64,000 nt of DNA from Candidatus Kapaibacterium sp. (GCA_963665665.1 OY762428.1:2880001-2944000); one strand, 5' to 3'. Numbered from the stretch's first letter, positions 1-10,837 are shown. Notes: generated by a model not told the origin, from the letters alone. Made by a program: numbers and translations.

Positions 1-118
1 GTTTAAACTTAAGGAACTGAAAGAATTATATATTGACGGAAACAATATCAGTAAAGAAGATTTAAAAGCAGCGGAAAAGAATTTTCCCAAGCTATACAAT
101 CCATTGAATTCAAATTGA
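1..118 (+). CDS. 3' end of a leucine-rich-repeat protein (partial)
   Basis: Frame 2 reads FKLKELKELYIDGNNISKEDLKAAEKNFPKLYNPLNSN* (LxxLxxLxIxxNxI LRR pattern); TGA at 116-118. Confidence 0.6.
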   Translation, partial: FKLKELKELYIDGNNISKEDLKAAEKNFPKLYNPLNSN

Positions 119-141
119 CAGGAGCCCTAAAATGCCAGCAC
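119..141 (+). repeat. 23-bp direct repeat, copy 1 (CAGGAGCCCTAAAATGCCAGCAC)
   Basis: Identical to 1880-1902; begins immediately after the LRR gene stop codon. Confidence 0.9.
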
Positions 142-374
142 CAGACCTTATAAAAATTGATCTTTATCTTTTGTCCTGGGGTAAAAAATTACTATTTCGG
201 ACGATATAAATTCAATTCTGCTGATCCGTATTTCTTGTTGAATAAGAATGATGGCTGTTTTTTTTATTTAGGTATCAGGTATGGACTTTTGAACTATATT
301 AAACAAAGGAAATAAAATTAAAATTCTTATATTACAGCAAATTAATAATTGGAGTATTATCAATTCTAAATCTT

Positions 375-1724
375 ATGCCTGAAAATCAAAACATAGAATG
401 GAAAAAATCCTGGAAAGATGAATATCTGAAATGGATTTGCGGCTTTGCAAATGCTGAAGGCGGGAAATTATACATTGGGAAAAATGATAACGGTGAAATT
501 TCCGGCCTGGAAAATTCCAAAAAGCTTTTGCAAGATATACCGAATAAGATCAGGGATATTTTAGGTATCGTGGTTGAAGTGAATCTTATTAAAGAAAACG
601 AAAAGGAATATTTGGAGATCATTGTTGATAAATACCCGTTCCCGGTTAGCTATAAAGGACAATATCATTTCAGGAGCGGTTCAACTAAGCAGGAGCTTAA
701 GGGTGCGGCTCTGGATAAATTCCTTTTGAAAAAAACAGGTAAACGCTGGGACAGCGTTCCGATGCACGATATTGAAATTTCGGATTTCAGTAATGATACG
801 ATTGAACGATATAAAAATATGGCTTTTGATAGTAGAAGGTCCCAAAAAGAGATATTAACCAACAGTAAAGAATTACTGCTGGAAAACCTAAATCTGCTTG
901 ATGGCCTGTATTACAAAAGGGCGGCTGTGCTTTTATTCCATAAAAATCCAGAAAAATATTTTACAGGAACCAGCATCAAGATCGGTTTTTTCCGGACTGT
1001 TGATGATCTGATTTACCAGGATATTGTTTCCGGAAATTTATTTGACCAGGCAGAGAATGCTTTGGATCTGCTATTGACAAAATATCTAAAAGCATATATA
1101 AGCTACAATGGTATTAACAGAGTTGAAAAATTCCCTTATCCTGTGGAGGCGCTAAGGGAAGCTTTGCTGAATGCGATTGTCCATAAAGATTATGCCACGG
1201 GAACACCAATTCAAATAAGGGTTTATGACAATAGAATCGTATTTTGGAATGATGGCACTTTACCTGAAGGATGGGATGTCGATCAGCTGTTAAATGAGCA
1301 CCCTTCAAAACCTTTCAATCCTGATATTGCAAATGCCTTCTTCCGTGCCGGGCTTGTGGAATCCTGGGGCAGGGGCATAAAGAAGATCAGAAAGGAATGC
1401 CTTGAATACGGTCTTCCTGAACCGCGTTTCAGATATGATGTCTCAGGGCTTTGGGTGGAATTGATACTAAACAGTGCCGGTTCGGATAAGGGTTCGGATA
1501 AGGGTTCGGATAAGGGTTCGGATAAGGGTTCGGATAAGACATCTGATAAAGTTCTTCAATTGATGATGGAAAATGACATTATTACTATATCTGAACTTGC
1601 TAATAGTTTAAAATTATCTACTAGAACGATTGAAAAACACATATCAAGATTGAAGGATCAAGGACTTCTAAAAAGGATTGGTTCAAAGAAATTCGGCAAG
1701 TGGAAAGTTGATATCGATAAGTGA
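375..1724 (+). CDS. AlbA/Schlafen-like N-terminal domain + RecG-C-like (HATPase_c_4) domain + C-terminal HTH; putative regulator
   Basis: ENQNIEWK...ICGFANAEGGKLYIG; ALREALLNAIVHKDY; NPDIANAF..GLVESWGRGI; C-terminal wHTH ending RIGSKKFGKW. Confidence 0.85.
   Translation: MPENQNIEWKKSWKDEYLKWICGFANAEGGKLYIGKNDNGEISGLENSKKLLQDIPNKIRDILGIVVEVNLIKENEKEYLEIIVDKYPFPVSYKGQYHFRSGSTKQELKGAALDKFLLKKTGKRWDSVPMHDIEISDFSNDTIERYKNMAFDSRRSQKEILTNSKELLLENLNLLDGLYYKRAAVLLFHKNPEKYFTGTSIKIGFFRTVDDLIYQDIVSGNLFDQAENALDLLLTKYLKAYISYNGINRVEKFPYPVEALREALLNAIVHKDYATGTPIQIRVYDNRIVFWNDGTLPEGWDVDQLLNEHPSKPFNPDIANAFFRAGLVESWGRGIKKIRKECLEYGLPEPRFRYDVSGLWVELILNSAGSDKGSDKGSDKGSDKGSDKTSDKVLQLMMENDIITISELANSLKLSTRTIEKHISRLKDQGLLKRIGSKKFGKWKVDIDK
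1479..1538 (+). repeat. In-frame 12-bp tandem repeat (GGTTCGGATAAG)x5 encoding GSDK
   Basis: Five exact copies plus a degenerate ACATCTGATAAA copy. Confidence 0.95.
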
Positions 1725-1728
1725 AAAC

Positions 1729-1823
1729 GTCTGTATAAATTTCGGATAAATTTCGGATATTTCGGATAAATGGCGGTAATGTTCGGTAAATGTCCGATAA
1801 ACATAATAAATGTCCGATAAAAT
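1729..1823 (+). repeat. Degenerate intergenic tandem repeat (TTCGGATAAAT / GTCCGATAAA-like)
   Basis: About 8 imperfect 9-12-bp units right after the stop codon, resembling the coding GSDK unit. Confidence 0.7.
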
Positions 1824-1879
1824 TTTAAAAAAAGTAATAGATGAATTAATTGTATAATTTTAATGTACGACAAAACAAG

Positions 1880-1902
1880 CAGGAGCCCTAAAATGCCAGC
1901 AC
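1880..1902 (+). repeat. 23-bp direct repeat, copy 2
   Basis: Identical to 119-141. Confidence 0.9.
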
Positions 1903-2004
1903 TGGAAAGAGCAATAGGAATAGCCGAGCAGGCGGATAATGCGATAGAATTGTGAAACAGCAGTAAGCCTTTTACATATTAATGATTAAAACAATAATCA
2001 TCTC

Positions 2005-5000
2005 CTAAAAAAGCCTTTCCTGTCCGGGCCGTTTATTCAGCTCATCCTTGAAAATCAGATTAGCTTTTCCCGGCCTGAGGTTTTTATCACAAAGCGATTT
2101 ATAAATACCGAGAAGGTGTCCGGCATAATACTCGTAATCATAAGGAATGATTATCTGTCGTGATATATCTTCAATACCACCCGGATTATTTGCAAGGCCG
2201 CGAATAATATTGGCCAGTTCCTGCTCTGAATTATGATCATAAAGGAAACCATTTCTGTCATGTTCGATAAAATCAGGAATACCGCCAATTTCGGCACCGA
2301 TTACCGGCAAACCGAGTGACAGCGCCTCGAGTATAACCAGCCCGGCGCCTTCCTCCCAGATACTTGGAACAATCACGGCATCAAGCTCGTTCCCAAGCGA
2401 GGCCATTTCCCGCCTGTGGTAAGGGCCGGTCCATTTAATATTCTCCGAATTATAAAGCTTAAGCAGTTCGTTTTTATATATTTGGGATGCAAAACCGTGG
2501 ATGATAAATTCTGTATTTTCAGGATCAACTCGTTTTGCGGCTCCTATAATCTTATGTATTCCTTTGTGTGGTATCACAGTTCCAAAGAAGCCGAACCTTG
2601 CCGGATGGTGTTGTGCTTTCAATTCATTCTTACTGCTTATTAATGCCGACATATTGTCGGGAATTTGGTGTACAACAGCCATTTTGTTCTTGTTTGCGCC
2701 GAATTCGCTAAGCAGTTCTTTCACTCTTGTAGAAATGGCCAAAGTAATATTCAATTTTTCATTTATAAGTTCGCGGGCTTTATCAAATCTCTGTCTGTAA
2801 AGTTCTTCTCTTTCCGGAAATACTTTTGCAAGAGGCGAGTTTGCAAAGAAATCAGTATTTTTCCATTTTCGCATATCATTATTGAACATATAAAGCAGAG
2901 GGTCAATGAAATGATAATTATGCGGAGTATAAACCGTAGGGATGCCCTTTGCTTCGGCAACATCAGCTATTGCAAACGACAATCCGAGAAAATTATGAAA
3001 ATGGACTATATCTGGTTCGAACCTTTCGAGTGTGGATTCAAATAAGCTTACAATTTTTTCATCCTTTATCTCGCGTGCCGGATTCAGCTCGTCAGTCATA
3101 TCCACGGGACGATTATAAACTCCGAAAAGATGTACACCGCTGTCGTTACTCTCCTCGAAAAAATATTGTTCTTTAACTTTCGGATGTTTAAGTCCGGCAA
3201 AAAATACGGCAACGTCATATCCCCTCGCAGCAAAATATCTTGCCAGAGAACGTGGGTGAAGAGTACCGCCCCCGGATTCATTCCATCCGAACATAGTGAA
3301 TAATATAGCCGGATGTTTCTCATTTCTCTTTTTTACTTTTCCCTTCCCTGCCGGGATTATAACAGCCGGATTCGACGGAATTTCATTTTCTTCCGGTTCT
3401 GCTATTGGTATCCCGCTCGGGCCGGTATAAACATCGCTGAATTCCTGTTCGGTTTCAATAGCAATCAGCTCATTGTTTTCAATTACAAATGCCCTGGCTT
3501 TTCTGGATTCCTTAACAACATCGTGAAGCAATAATGAAACAGCAAAATTTATGGGGGCATGGAATTGCCCGGAGGTATTTTGCTGCAAATATTTAATATT
3601 CTCTGTTGTTTCAGGCAGCGTCATAGAACGTTTCCAAAGTTCCTGAGCCTGTTTTATGTCACCGCTGCAAAAAGAAATTATACCAGCATTATTATAGAAC
3701 ATTTTTACCAGACGCGACCTGAAATCAGGTGTAAGCCCCTGTAGGTTTAACGCTTTCTTGAACATATCCAGAGCCATTGGAAAATCCCGGTAAGGCGATA
3801 GCATACACAGATTCCCAAGATCCCAAAGCGCTGCCGCCAGCGCTGTTTTATCTTCTTTGAACCTGTCCCTTCCGGGATAAATATCTGTCAGTGGTATTTC
3901 TTTTCTGAAACGGGACATAATGTAGCGTAATTCTTTTGCTGTTTTTAAAGCATTATCTTTTCCGCTCAGGCTGTCATCTCGTTTTAGAAACAGGCTTAGG
4001 TTCTCCTTCAGGTGTGCAGCCCCGAATCGATGTGCAATTCTAATAAACAGATCATAATCTCCTGCTACTTCAAGCTCCTCGTCAAAAAGCCCGACTGTCA
4101 GATGCGCCTCCCGCCTCCACATTGGATTTGAACCGAAAAGGCTTGTTGACAAAGCCGTACCGATATTGAAGTCCGGCCAGGCATATTTCAATTTGGCGCT
4201 ATTGTTCCCGAAAGTTTCATTCTCTATGTCAGTTATCAGTGAGTCTGCATAAACAAGTCCTAAATCGCTGTTCCTGTCCAATATGTTTGAAAGAACTTCG
4301 AATGCATCATTTCTCAGCCTGTCGTCAGTATTGGTATTTATAAGGTATTTCCCCCTGGCGTATTTTACAGCACGATTCCAGGCAGTGTAAAGCGATTCCC
4401 TTGATTCGGTTCGGATATATTTAATATTCGGGCATCGCGATCGAAATTCCATAACAATTTCTTTTTCATTTTCTTCGGATCCGCTGTCAATAACGATTAG
4501 TTCCGATGAATCAAAGATCGATTGTTCACACAGATTTTCAAGGCAGCCTTTAATAAATTTCTCGGAGTTGTAGGTAGAAATAATTGCGCTAACCTTAATC
4601 TCATTATCAGGCGGGTTGTCGATAATTTTATCCCTGCTGAATGAAATTTCCTCAACGTCAATATTTTCAAACAATGAATATTCTTTCAGGTCGATCAATT
4701 TTGGCGAGGAGTGCTTTTTATTCCATTCTTCCCGGTCAGCTGTTAAAATCAGAGGCCTTTCATTTTTGTTATCCAATGTTCTTTTGAACGCTGATTCTAT
4801 CAGGGATTTGGGAATATCTTTCACACAATAGGGTGTCTGATAGAAACATTCCCAGTTGCACGAAAAACACTCCACGGGCGCTGCCGCTATTGTTGTTAGT
4901 CCGGAATAGGGCATAAACCTTCCGAAATGTCCTCCGCCGAGTAATATTGCATTCGGAGTTCCAACAGCGCAGGCTACATGGGCAAGGCCGGTCTCGGCTC

Positions 5001-8000
5001 CGATTGCAGCGCGGCATTTTTTAATAATGGCCGCAGCCTGCAAAATCGTTGTTTTACCTGATAGATTTATAGCCCTTACACCTGCATCATCAATACATTG
5101 CTGATTTATCTTATAATCGCTTTCCGAGCCAAGCGTTATAATCGAAAGCCCGCGTTCTTTACAAATTTGCGATATTGCTTTTCCATATTCCTTGTACAGC
5201 CTTACATCAAACTGCGCTCCGGCAAAAAGAGCTATTGTTTTTTCGGGTGCAAGGCCGTTTTCGGCAAACAGGCTGTCTGTATAATTTATTTCTTCTTTGT
5301 TTAGCCATATTCTTGGCTTTAGTTCCGTTTTTTCTATTCCAAGTCCGGAGAGGAAATCCTGATGCCGTTGTATCTCATTCTTATATTCGCCGGGAGACGG
5401 AATTATTTTAGAATAGCGTCCGTTGTTTTTCAGCAAAACATCATAAGGCATGTTCGAAGTATCGCCTTCAATAGCAACAGTTTCCTTAGCATTGCTGCCC
5501 AGGACCATAGCGTCCCCGTGTTCAGTCCTGGAATACACCGGATGCAAGGCTATATCAGCTTCTAATTCTTTTAGTTTATTTATAAATTCAACCCGGTAGT
5601 TATCGTCGGCCTGGAGCAGCAGCCCGTCAAAGCTGATAACTTCATCAATATAGGGGCATGCTTTATAAAAATCCGTAAGCTTATTATCACACACTGCGAT
5701 TATATCATGATCGCCGAATTTTGCTCTGAATTCCGGGAGCATGGAAGCAGAAAGCACTGCGTCCCCTATCGAATCCGGCCTTATATAAAGTAATCTATTC
5801 TTTTTTTTTGATCCTTTGTCTCCGTACTCAGGATTGAATTTTGCAATACAAAAGCCAAATTTTTCCTTCGAATCAACAATAATCTCAAATCTCGGGTCGC
5901 TTTTCATTTCAAGGAAGCTCTTATGATGCTTGATATGATATATATCGTCAAGAGCTATATAGCATGGTCCTTCAAGCAACTGAATCAGATATTGGAATTC
6001 CACGTACCCGATGTGTCCGGCGCTGTCAAGCAGGACAAAATCAGGTTTGTTTTGGAATTGTGCCAGGCTTTTGCCGAGAATATCGTCCGGAACGTCGCTG
6101 AAATTTGTTTCACGATAATAATTCATCGCCCTTTCGTGTTCTTTGTGGTCAACGAAAATATCTTCGAATTCAATATTTTCAACTGTCCGGTCTTTGATTT
6201 CCTGCATTGTTGGCAGCATTCTTCGCGGTACTGATAAACCGTGAAGCAATTTTACATTCTCAATCAGCCCGTTGTTCTGAAGATTGAAATAAGCATGGCG
6301 AATATGCAGTGGGTTTACTTCAATTGAAAGAAACGCTGCATTTTCGATACCAATCCTTTTAATCGATCCGGCAATAATCGTTGTGGTTCCTGTTCCGAGA
6401 TAAGTGCCGGTTTCAATTATCTTCTTCGGCCTGATTTCCTTGAACAGCGAATGGATTGCCGAACCGAATTCCGATTCCTTTCCTACTGCCGTCAGGTCCT
6501 TTTCAACTTCATCCTGGCCTGCAATTTTTACTTTAGGTTTTTCCTGTTTCTGCAAAGTATCGTTTGCTTCATATTTATTCCCAAGAATTTCATCGGGCAG
6601 CATGTTTTTAAGGAAAATTGCCGTACCATTGTCCTGGCTTGAATTAATTATCAGTTTTAGTTCCGGAAATTCTTCAAGGAACTGATGGGCAGTGTCAAGA
6701 AGGTAGCCGTGCGAAGGATGTATAATATCATCGAAAATTATGGCGCCCTTTTCATTCAAAAGCTCATACGCGTCGCGAAGGTCTTCCAAAGCGCCCTCAG
6801 CGCTGTGGTCTCCGTCAACATTTATCAGGTCAAATTTCAGCCCTTCATCTTTAAATTTTTTCAGAACCAGGTGGCTGTTTCCCTGTATCATCTTCAGGTT
6901 TGTTTTCGAGTTTGTTTTCGAGAAAAATCCTTCAATCTGCTTTTTCGTGAATTCCATGGTATTTGGCATACCGGCGTACTGCCCCGACCACATATCAAGG
7001 GCGTAAGCGGTTTCAATATTTACGCCGTTCAGCGCCTGAACGAAAGATCCGCCGGTTCTTACTCCGATTTCAAGATAAGATTCCGGTTTCAAAATTCTTG
7101 TAAGGTATGCCAGGCCGACATGTACATTCCAGAATTTTACGCCGTCCCTGATATTTTCCCTGATAGTATCTCTTCTTCTAAGCAGCGGTTCATCAAGCTC
7201 GATATAGTCCCAGGCGTCCAGAGCTGCCTGCTGATACTTAGCCGAACCAATTACTTCAATAGCAAGCTTTTCATCAGTTTTTTTTGTTTCTATATTACTA
7301 TTCTGTGGCTCATCAACAGAATTGAAATTTTTAATAAAATCAAGCATTACTTCCGGATGGGAGCCGTCGAATATTCTTGTGTAGGAGTTTTTATCGCCCG
7401 TCCAGGGGCCGTATTCTTTTTCCAGTTCAGCCCTGTTTTCAGGAGTCCACTTCATGTAGAAATCATTCATCCACTTATCAAGGTCAGTTGCCCAAAGTTT
7501 ATCCCAGCCATATTGTTTATAAAGAGAAATTTTCTGCTGAACCTGGTTTTTGGTTACATAACTATAATGGCAGGGGATAATTCCCAACTCCCTTGTTTCG
7601 CTGCCGTCAATAATTTTCCCGTCTTCGGTGGTTCTTCCGTTCGGGAGAAGCATTTTTGGCGGCCGGTGATCGATGAATTTTGCGCCGGGTTCAAATTTGA
7701 ATATTCTCCTGTATTGTGCACCAGGATCTCTGAACCGGGGCGATTCGAATATATAATCAAATCCTTTCCAGAAATTATCAGGTATGAAATTAACCTGGCT
7801 GATATCCGGATTTTCATGCAGCAGTTCCAGAATCTTTTCAAGGTCAGATTTCCTGTAAACTTCATCTGAATCAACTAAGAAAATATAATTTCCGCTCGCT
7901 GATTCCAGAGCTTTGTTCTGCATTTGCATTTTCTCGGGCCAGCTTCCCCTTATTAGTTGAATTTTGGAATCCGGGTCATCAAAATTTTCGAGCAATTCAA

Positions 8001-10530
8001 CAGTTCCGTCAACCGAAGCCCCCTGGGGATCGGCAAAATCCATACAGTTTTCAACAGCGCCTTCAACAATGATTATTTCATGTGCAATGTTATAAACAGA
8101 TTTCAGGGCATATTCAACAAAAGGCATTCCGTTTAATACTATCATAACAACAGAAAGCCTGACATCCCTCAAAGTTTCCTCTTCAGTGATTTCACGGCTT
8201 TTAATAAATTCCATAACCCTGTCCAGGGCGGTATTTATTTCAACATCATCAGGATTATCAAGCAATGAATAAGTGAGTAATCTTTCTGCGTCCTTCGGAT
8301 AGCCTTCATTCATCAGCCTTTCACCTTCCCGTATCAGCATCTGCTTCTCTTCGCTGTCGGTATCGGCTGATTTTACCAGGTCAACAACAATAGACATAGG
8401 GCGGTAAGGATTTTTAACCCTGTCGTCATGGTCGGGTGTTCTTAGAATATATCCTTTTGAATAATCAATATTTTTTGTGATAAATGTTCCGTCAGGAAGG
8501 TATGAATGCAGAAATTCTATACTTCCTTCGCGGCCAAACATTGTTTTCTTCAGGATTGGTTCAAGGGTCTCATAAAGCGGGAACCACTTATAGCCCGGAT
8601 TTTCCTTTGTACCTCCGCCGGCAGGATCGAATATAATATTCCCATTCTCATCCTTTTCGCAACGATCAATGATAAGCTGGCATCTATAGTCCGGAACAGA
8701 AATTCTTAGCACTCCGCCGGGTTTAAGAACACGCCAGATTTCATTGATAACGGGATGCAAAGCCTGGTAGTCAAGCCGTCCGAAAATATCCTCAGCAAGA
8801 TACAGATCAACTGATCTGTCTTCAAGAGGCATTGAGTTTGTAATATCATGAAGTATATGTCTTGGGTCAGATTTATGTTCGGAAAGCCCGATCAGTCCCT
8901 GATAATTATCATCATCGGGAATATCTCCTGCATAAAGTTTGATTTCCGGTTCAAAAATAATATCGTCGAATGTAAGTTTTTTATCAACTTCTGTTTCATG
9001 ATCTTCTGTTGCGTTTATTTCGGGCAAGTTATCAATTTCTGTTTCAGCAGGTTGCGACAAATATTCAGAATAATTATTATACACATTGATAAGAATATTT
9101 TCCGGGAGTTCTGATTCCAACTCTGCGCTGATTCTCCTGAGTAAATCAATATCGTCTGACAGGAAAAAGAGTTGAATGTTTTTGCCTTCAAGCTGCATAT
9201 CCGGATTTTCAATAATCAATATGGCCATACCTGCCGGAATTCCTTTGTGATACTGAATCCTCTGGGCATCATGAAGAGCCAGCAGCCCGCCTTCTTTCAT
9301 CAGGATTGAACCAATTTTAAGGCATTCAGCCCTTGCCCTGCCGTCAACGATAACCATATCGAATCGTTTATTCAAACTTACCGGGTGAAAAATATAATCT
9401 CTGAACGATTCTGCATCGCCGTCTGTTCCGTATGGAAATTCCATATTATTAGGTACATGATTCAGTTGTACGTTTTGCAGCCCGAATTTTTTAAGCTTTT
9501 CAGCAACTTCTTCATACCATTTTTCGTCATGTTCAATGCAATGCCATACGCTGCCGGGCGGTATCAACCTGCTATAATAAATTGTACTTGTGCCCGAACC
9601 CCATTCTAGAACATCAACCGGTAATTTGAAACGATCCAGGACATGCTCGAAAGCCTTTATCTCGTGTTCTTTCATAAATGGGAGCGGTATTTCAGAATTG
9701 TCAACAATTTGTATATTATTTATATCGGGTATATCAGGAGTTTCAATTTTATCAGTTTTAATTTCCACTTTGCAATATTCATCAATATACTTTTCCAGGC
9801 TTTCCTGAGAATCGAAAAGTGCCTGAACAGCTATTGAACTTCCAAGAACAAGGTTTTGCCGGCCAGTTTCATCCGGCAAATCAGACATGAAGTATTGTAC
9901 TCTGTCAGGTTTTGAAGCGGGATCAACATTGAACTTGGAAAAGTCCTTTCCAAACCAGCAGAATATTGGTGGAAGCTGGTCTCCAAATGGCGGTTTAACA
10001 GGGGCAAAATTGTATTTTTCGCCATTACCGCTATTAATATCTGTAATAATTTGTGAATGAATTTCATCCCGGCTCTCATTACCGGTAAAAATTCCTTTAT
10101 TTTTTAGAATATCTAATGATTGCTCTGAATTAAGCGTATTAGCTGATACCAGTAATGGTTCAGGATTTTTTATCCTGTATTCAATAAGCGATTTAATGCT
10201 ATCTGCATCGAGATAACAAATATCTGCATTTATTTGAATATATATAGTCTTAGCGTCCCGGCAGTATGAATAAAATTCCGACAGGGTTTTCTCACCCTCT
10301 GGTTTCACGCTTAGCCTTACTAATTTAATAAATTCCTTTTTTTCCCTTGCCAAAGCAATCATTGAAGAAATATAGTTTTTATTCTCTGTATTAACCCAAA
10401 TATGCCACTGGTCAATAATACCGCATTTCTCTATCCCCTTATATATAATACTGAGCAATCCTCTGTCATCAGAAGGTGTTATTGCAATTATTCTGTATTT
10501 TTCTATCATTTCCCGACCTGCTATATTCAT
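2005..10530 (-). CDS. Giant multidomain glycosyltransferase/methyltransferase (GT-A-like, 4 class I MTase-like, 2 GT2, GT9, TPR-like, GT4)
   Basis: Motifs LEWGSGTST, VLKPGGVLRISVPD, FLVDSDE (GT2), YLEIGVRTGGS/VDGDH, IIETGTYLGTG, RPDSIGDAVL/ETGLAHVA (GT9), AIISTYNSE/NTDD (GT2), PSIWEEGAGLVILEA (GT4). Confidence 0.85.
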   Translation of the reverse strand: MNIAGREMIEKYRIIAITPSDDRGLLSIIYKGIEKCGIIDQWHIWVNTENKNYISSMIALAREKKEFIKLVRLSVKPEGEKTLSEFYSYCRDAKTIYIQINADICYLDADSIKSLIEYRIKNPEPLLVSANTLNSEQSLDILKNKGIFTGNESRDEIHSQIITDINSGNGEKYNFAPVKPPFGDQLPPIFCWFGKDFSKFNVDPASKPDRVQYFMSDLPDETGRQNLVLGSSIAVQALFDSQESLEKYIDEYCKVEIKTDKIETPDIPDINNIQIVDNSEIPLPFMKEHEIKAFEHVLDRFKLPVDVLEWGSGTSTIYYSRLIPPGSVWHCIEHDEKWYEEVAEKLKKFGLQNVQLNHVPNNMEFPYGTDGDAESFRDYIFHPVSLNKRFDMVIVDGRARAECLKIGSILMKEGGLLALHDAQRIQYHKGIPAGMAILIIENPDMQLEGKNIQLFFLSDDIDLLRRISAELESELPENILINVYNNYSEYLSQPAETEIDNLPEINATEDHETEVDKKLTFDDIIFEPEIKLYAGDIPDDDNYQGLIGLSEHKSDPRHILHDITNSMPLEDRSVDLYLAEDIFGRLDYQALHPVINEIWRVLKPGGVLRISVPDYRCQLIIDRCEKDENGNIIFDPAGGGTKENPGYKWFPLYETLEPILKKTMFGREGSIEFLHSYLPDGTFITKNIDYSKGYILRTPDHDDRVKNPYRPMSIVVDLVKSADTDSEEKQMLIREGERLMNEGYPKDAERLLTYSLLDNPDDVEINTALDRVMEFIKSREITEEETLRDVRLSVVMIVLNGMPFVEYALKSVYNIAHEIIIVEGAVENCMDFADPQGASVDGTVELLENFDDPDSKIQLIRGSWPEKMQMQNKALESASGNYIFLVDSDEVYRKSDLEKILELLHENPDISQVNFIPDNFWKGFDYIFESPRFRDPGAQYRRIFKFEPGAKFIDHRPPKMLLPNGRTTEDGKIIDGSETRELGIIPCHYSYVTKNQVQQKISLYKQYGWDKLWATDLDKWMNDFYMKWTPENRAELEKEYGPWTGDKNSYTRIFDGSHPEVMLDFIKNFNSVDEPQNSNIETKKTDEKLAIEVIGSAKYQQAALDAWDYIELDEPLLRRRDTIRENIRDGVKFWNVHVGLAYLTRILKPESYLEIGVRTGGSFVQALNGVNIETAYALDMWSGQYAGMPNTMEFTKKQIEGFFSKTNSKTNLKMIQGNSHLVLKKFKDEGLKFDLINVDGDHSAEGALEDLRDAYELLNEKGAIIFDDIIHPSHGYLLDTAHQFLEEFPELKLIINSSQDNGTAIFLKNMLPDEILGNKYEANDTLQKQEKPKVKIAGQDEVEKDLTAVGKESEFGSAIHSLFKEIRPKKIIETGTYLGTGTTTIIAGSIKRIGIENAAFLSIEVNPLHIRHAYFNLQNNGLIENVKLLHGLSVPRRMLPTMQEIKDRTVENIEFEDIFVDHKEHERAMNYYRETNFSDVPDDILGKSLAQFQNKPDFVLLDSAGHIGYVEFQYLIQLLEGPCYIALDDIYHIKHHKSFLEMKSDPRFEIIVDSKEKFGFCIAKFNPEYGDKGSKKKNRLLYIRPDSIGDAVLSASMLPEFRAKFGDHDIIAVCDNKLTDFYKACPYIDEVISFDGLLLQADDNYRVEFINKLKELEADIALHPVYSRTEHGDAMVLGSNAKETVAIEGDTSNMPYDVLLKNNGRYSKIIPSPGEYKNEIQRHQDFLSGLGIEKTELKPRIWLNKEEINYTDSLFAENGLAPEKTIALFAGAQFDVRLYKEYGKAISQICKERGLSIITLGSESDYKINQQCIDDAGVRAINLSGKTTILQAAAIIKKCRAAIGAETGLAHVACAVGTPNAILLGGGHFGRFMPYSGLTTIAAAPVECFSCNWECFYQTPYCVKDIPKSLIESAFKRTLDNKNERPLILTADREEWNKKHSSPKLIDLKEYSLFENIDVEEISFSRDKIIDNPPDNEIKVSAIISTYNSEKFIKGCLENLCEQSIFDSSELIVIDSGSEENEKEIVMEFRSRCPNIKYIRTESRESLYTAWNRAVKYARGKYLINTNTDDRLRNDAFEVLSNILDRNSDLGLVYADSLITDIENETFGNNSAKLKYAWPDFNIGTALSTSLFGSNPMWRREAHLTVGLFDEELEVAGDYDLFIRIAHRFGAAHLKENLSLFLKRDDSLSGKDNALKTAKELRYIMSRFRKEIPLTDIYPGRDRFKEDKTALAAALWDLGNLCMLSPYRDFPMALDMFKKALNLQGLTPDFRSRLVKMFYNNAGIISFCSGDIKQAQELWKRSMTLPETTENIKYLQQNTSGQFHAPINFAVSLLLHDVVKESRKARAFVIENNELIAIETEQEFSDVYTGPSGIPIAEPEENEIPSNPAVIIPAGKGKVKKRNEKHPAILFTMFGWNESGGGTLHPRSLARYFAARGYDVAVFFAGLKHPKVKEQYFFEESNDSGVHLFGVYNRPVDMTDELNPAREIKDEKIVSLFESTLERFEPDIVHFHNFLGLSFAIADVAEAKGIPTVYTPHNYHFIDPLLYMFNNDMRKWKNTDFFANSPLAKVFPEREELYRQRFDKARELINEKLNITLAISTRVKELLSEFGANKNKMAVVHQIPDNMSALISSKNELKAQHHPARFGFFGTVIPHKGIHKIIGAAKRVDPENTEFIIHGFASQIYKNELLKLYNSENIKWTGPYHRREMASLGNELDAVIVPSIWEEGAGLVILEALSLGLPVIGAEIGGIPDFIEHDRNGFLYDHNSEQELANIIRGLANNPGGIEDISRQIIIPYDYEYYAGHLLGIYKSLCDKNLRPGKANLIFKDELNKRPGQERLF

Positions 10531-10837
10531 TATGGTTTAAAATAGCAAAAGGGTAAATAACAGCAAAATCATTGCCAAACTAAATAAAGGATAGTTTTCA
10601 ACATTTAGAGGTTAGTGGAATATTATTTTGAAACGGATAATTCAAGTACCAAAACAATATTAAAAAAGCCCCTTCAATTTTGAATCAAAGGGGCCGGCTT
10701 ATAATTAATATCAAAAATCCTGATCCGCGAGGGAAAATTAATAAGTTATAGAAACAAGCCGCAAATTAGTATGTTGTTTATATTAATGAAATTTGCCATA
10801 TCAATTTATCTAAACTATGAAATATTATCATGCCTGA

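Noticed and set aside
1479-1823. Short regular repeats as a CRISPR array
   Set aside because: Units are 9-12 bp, adjacent with no unique spacers, and there are no cas genes
6685-7869. 394-aa plus-strand ORF
   Set aside because: Antisense shadow of the giant glycosyltransferase; no recognisable motifs
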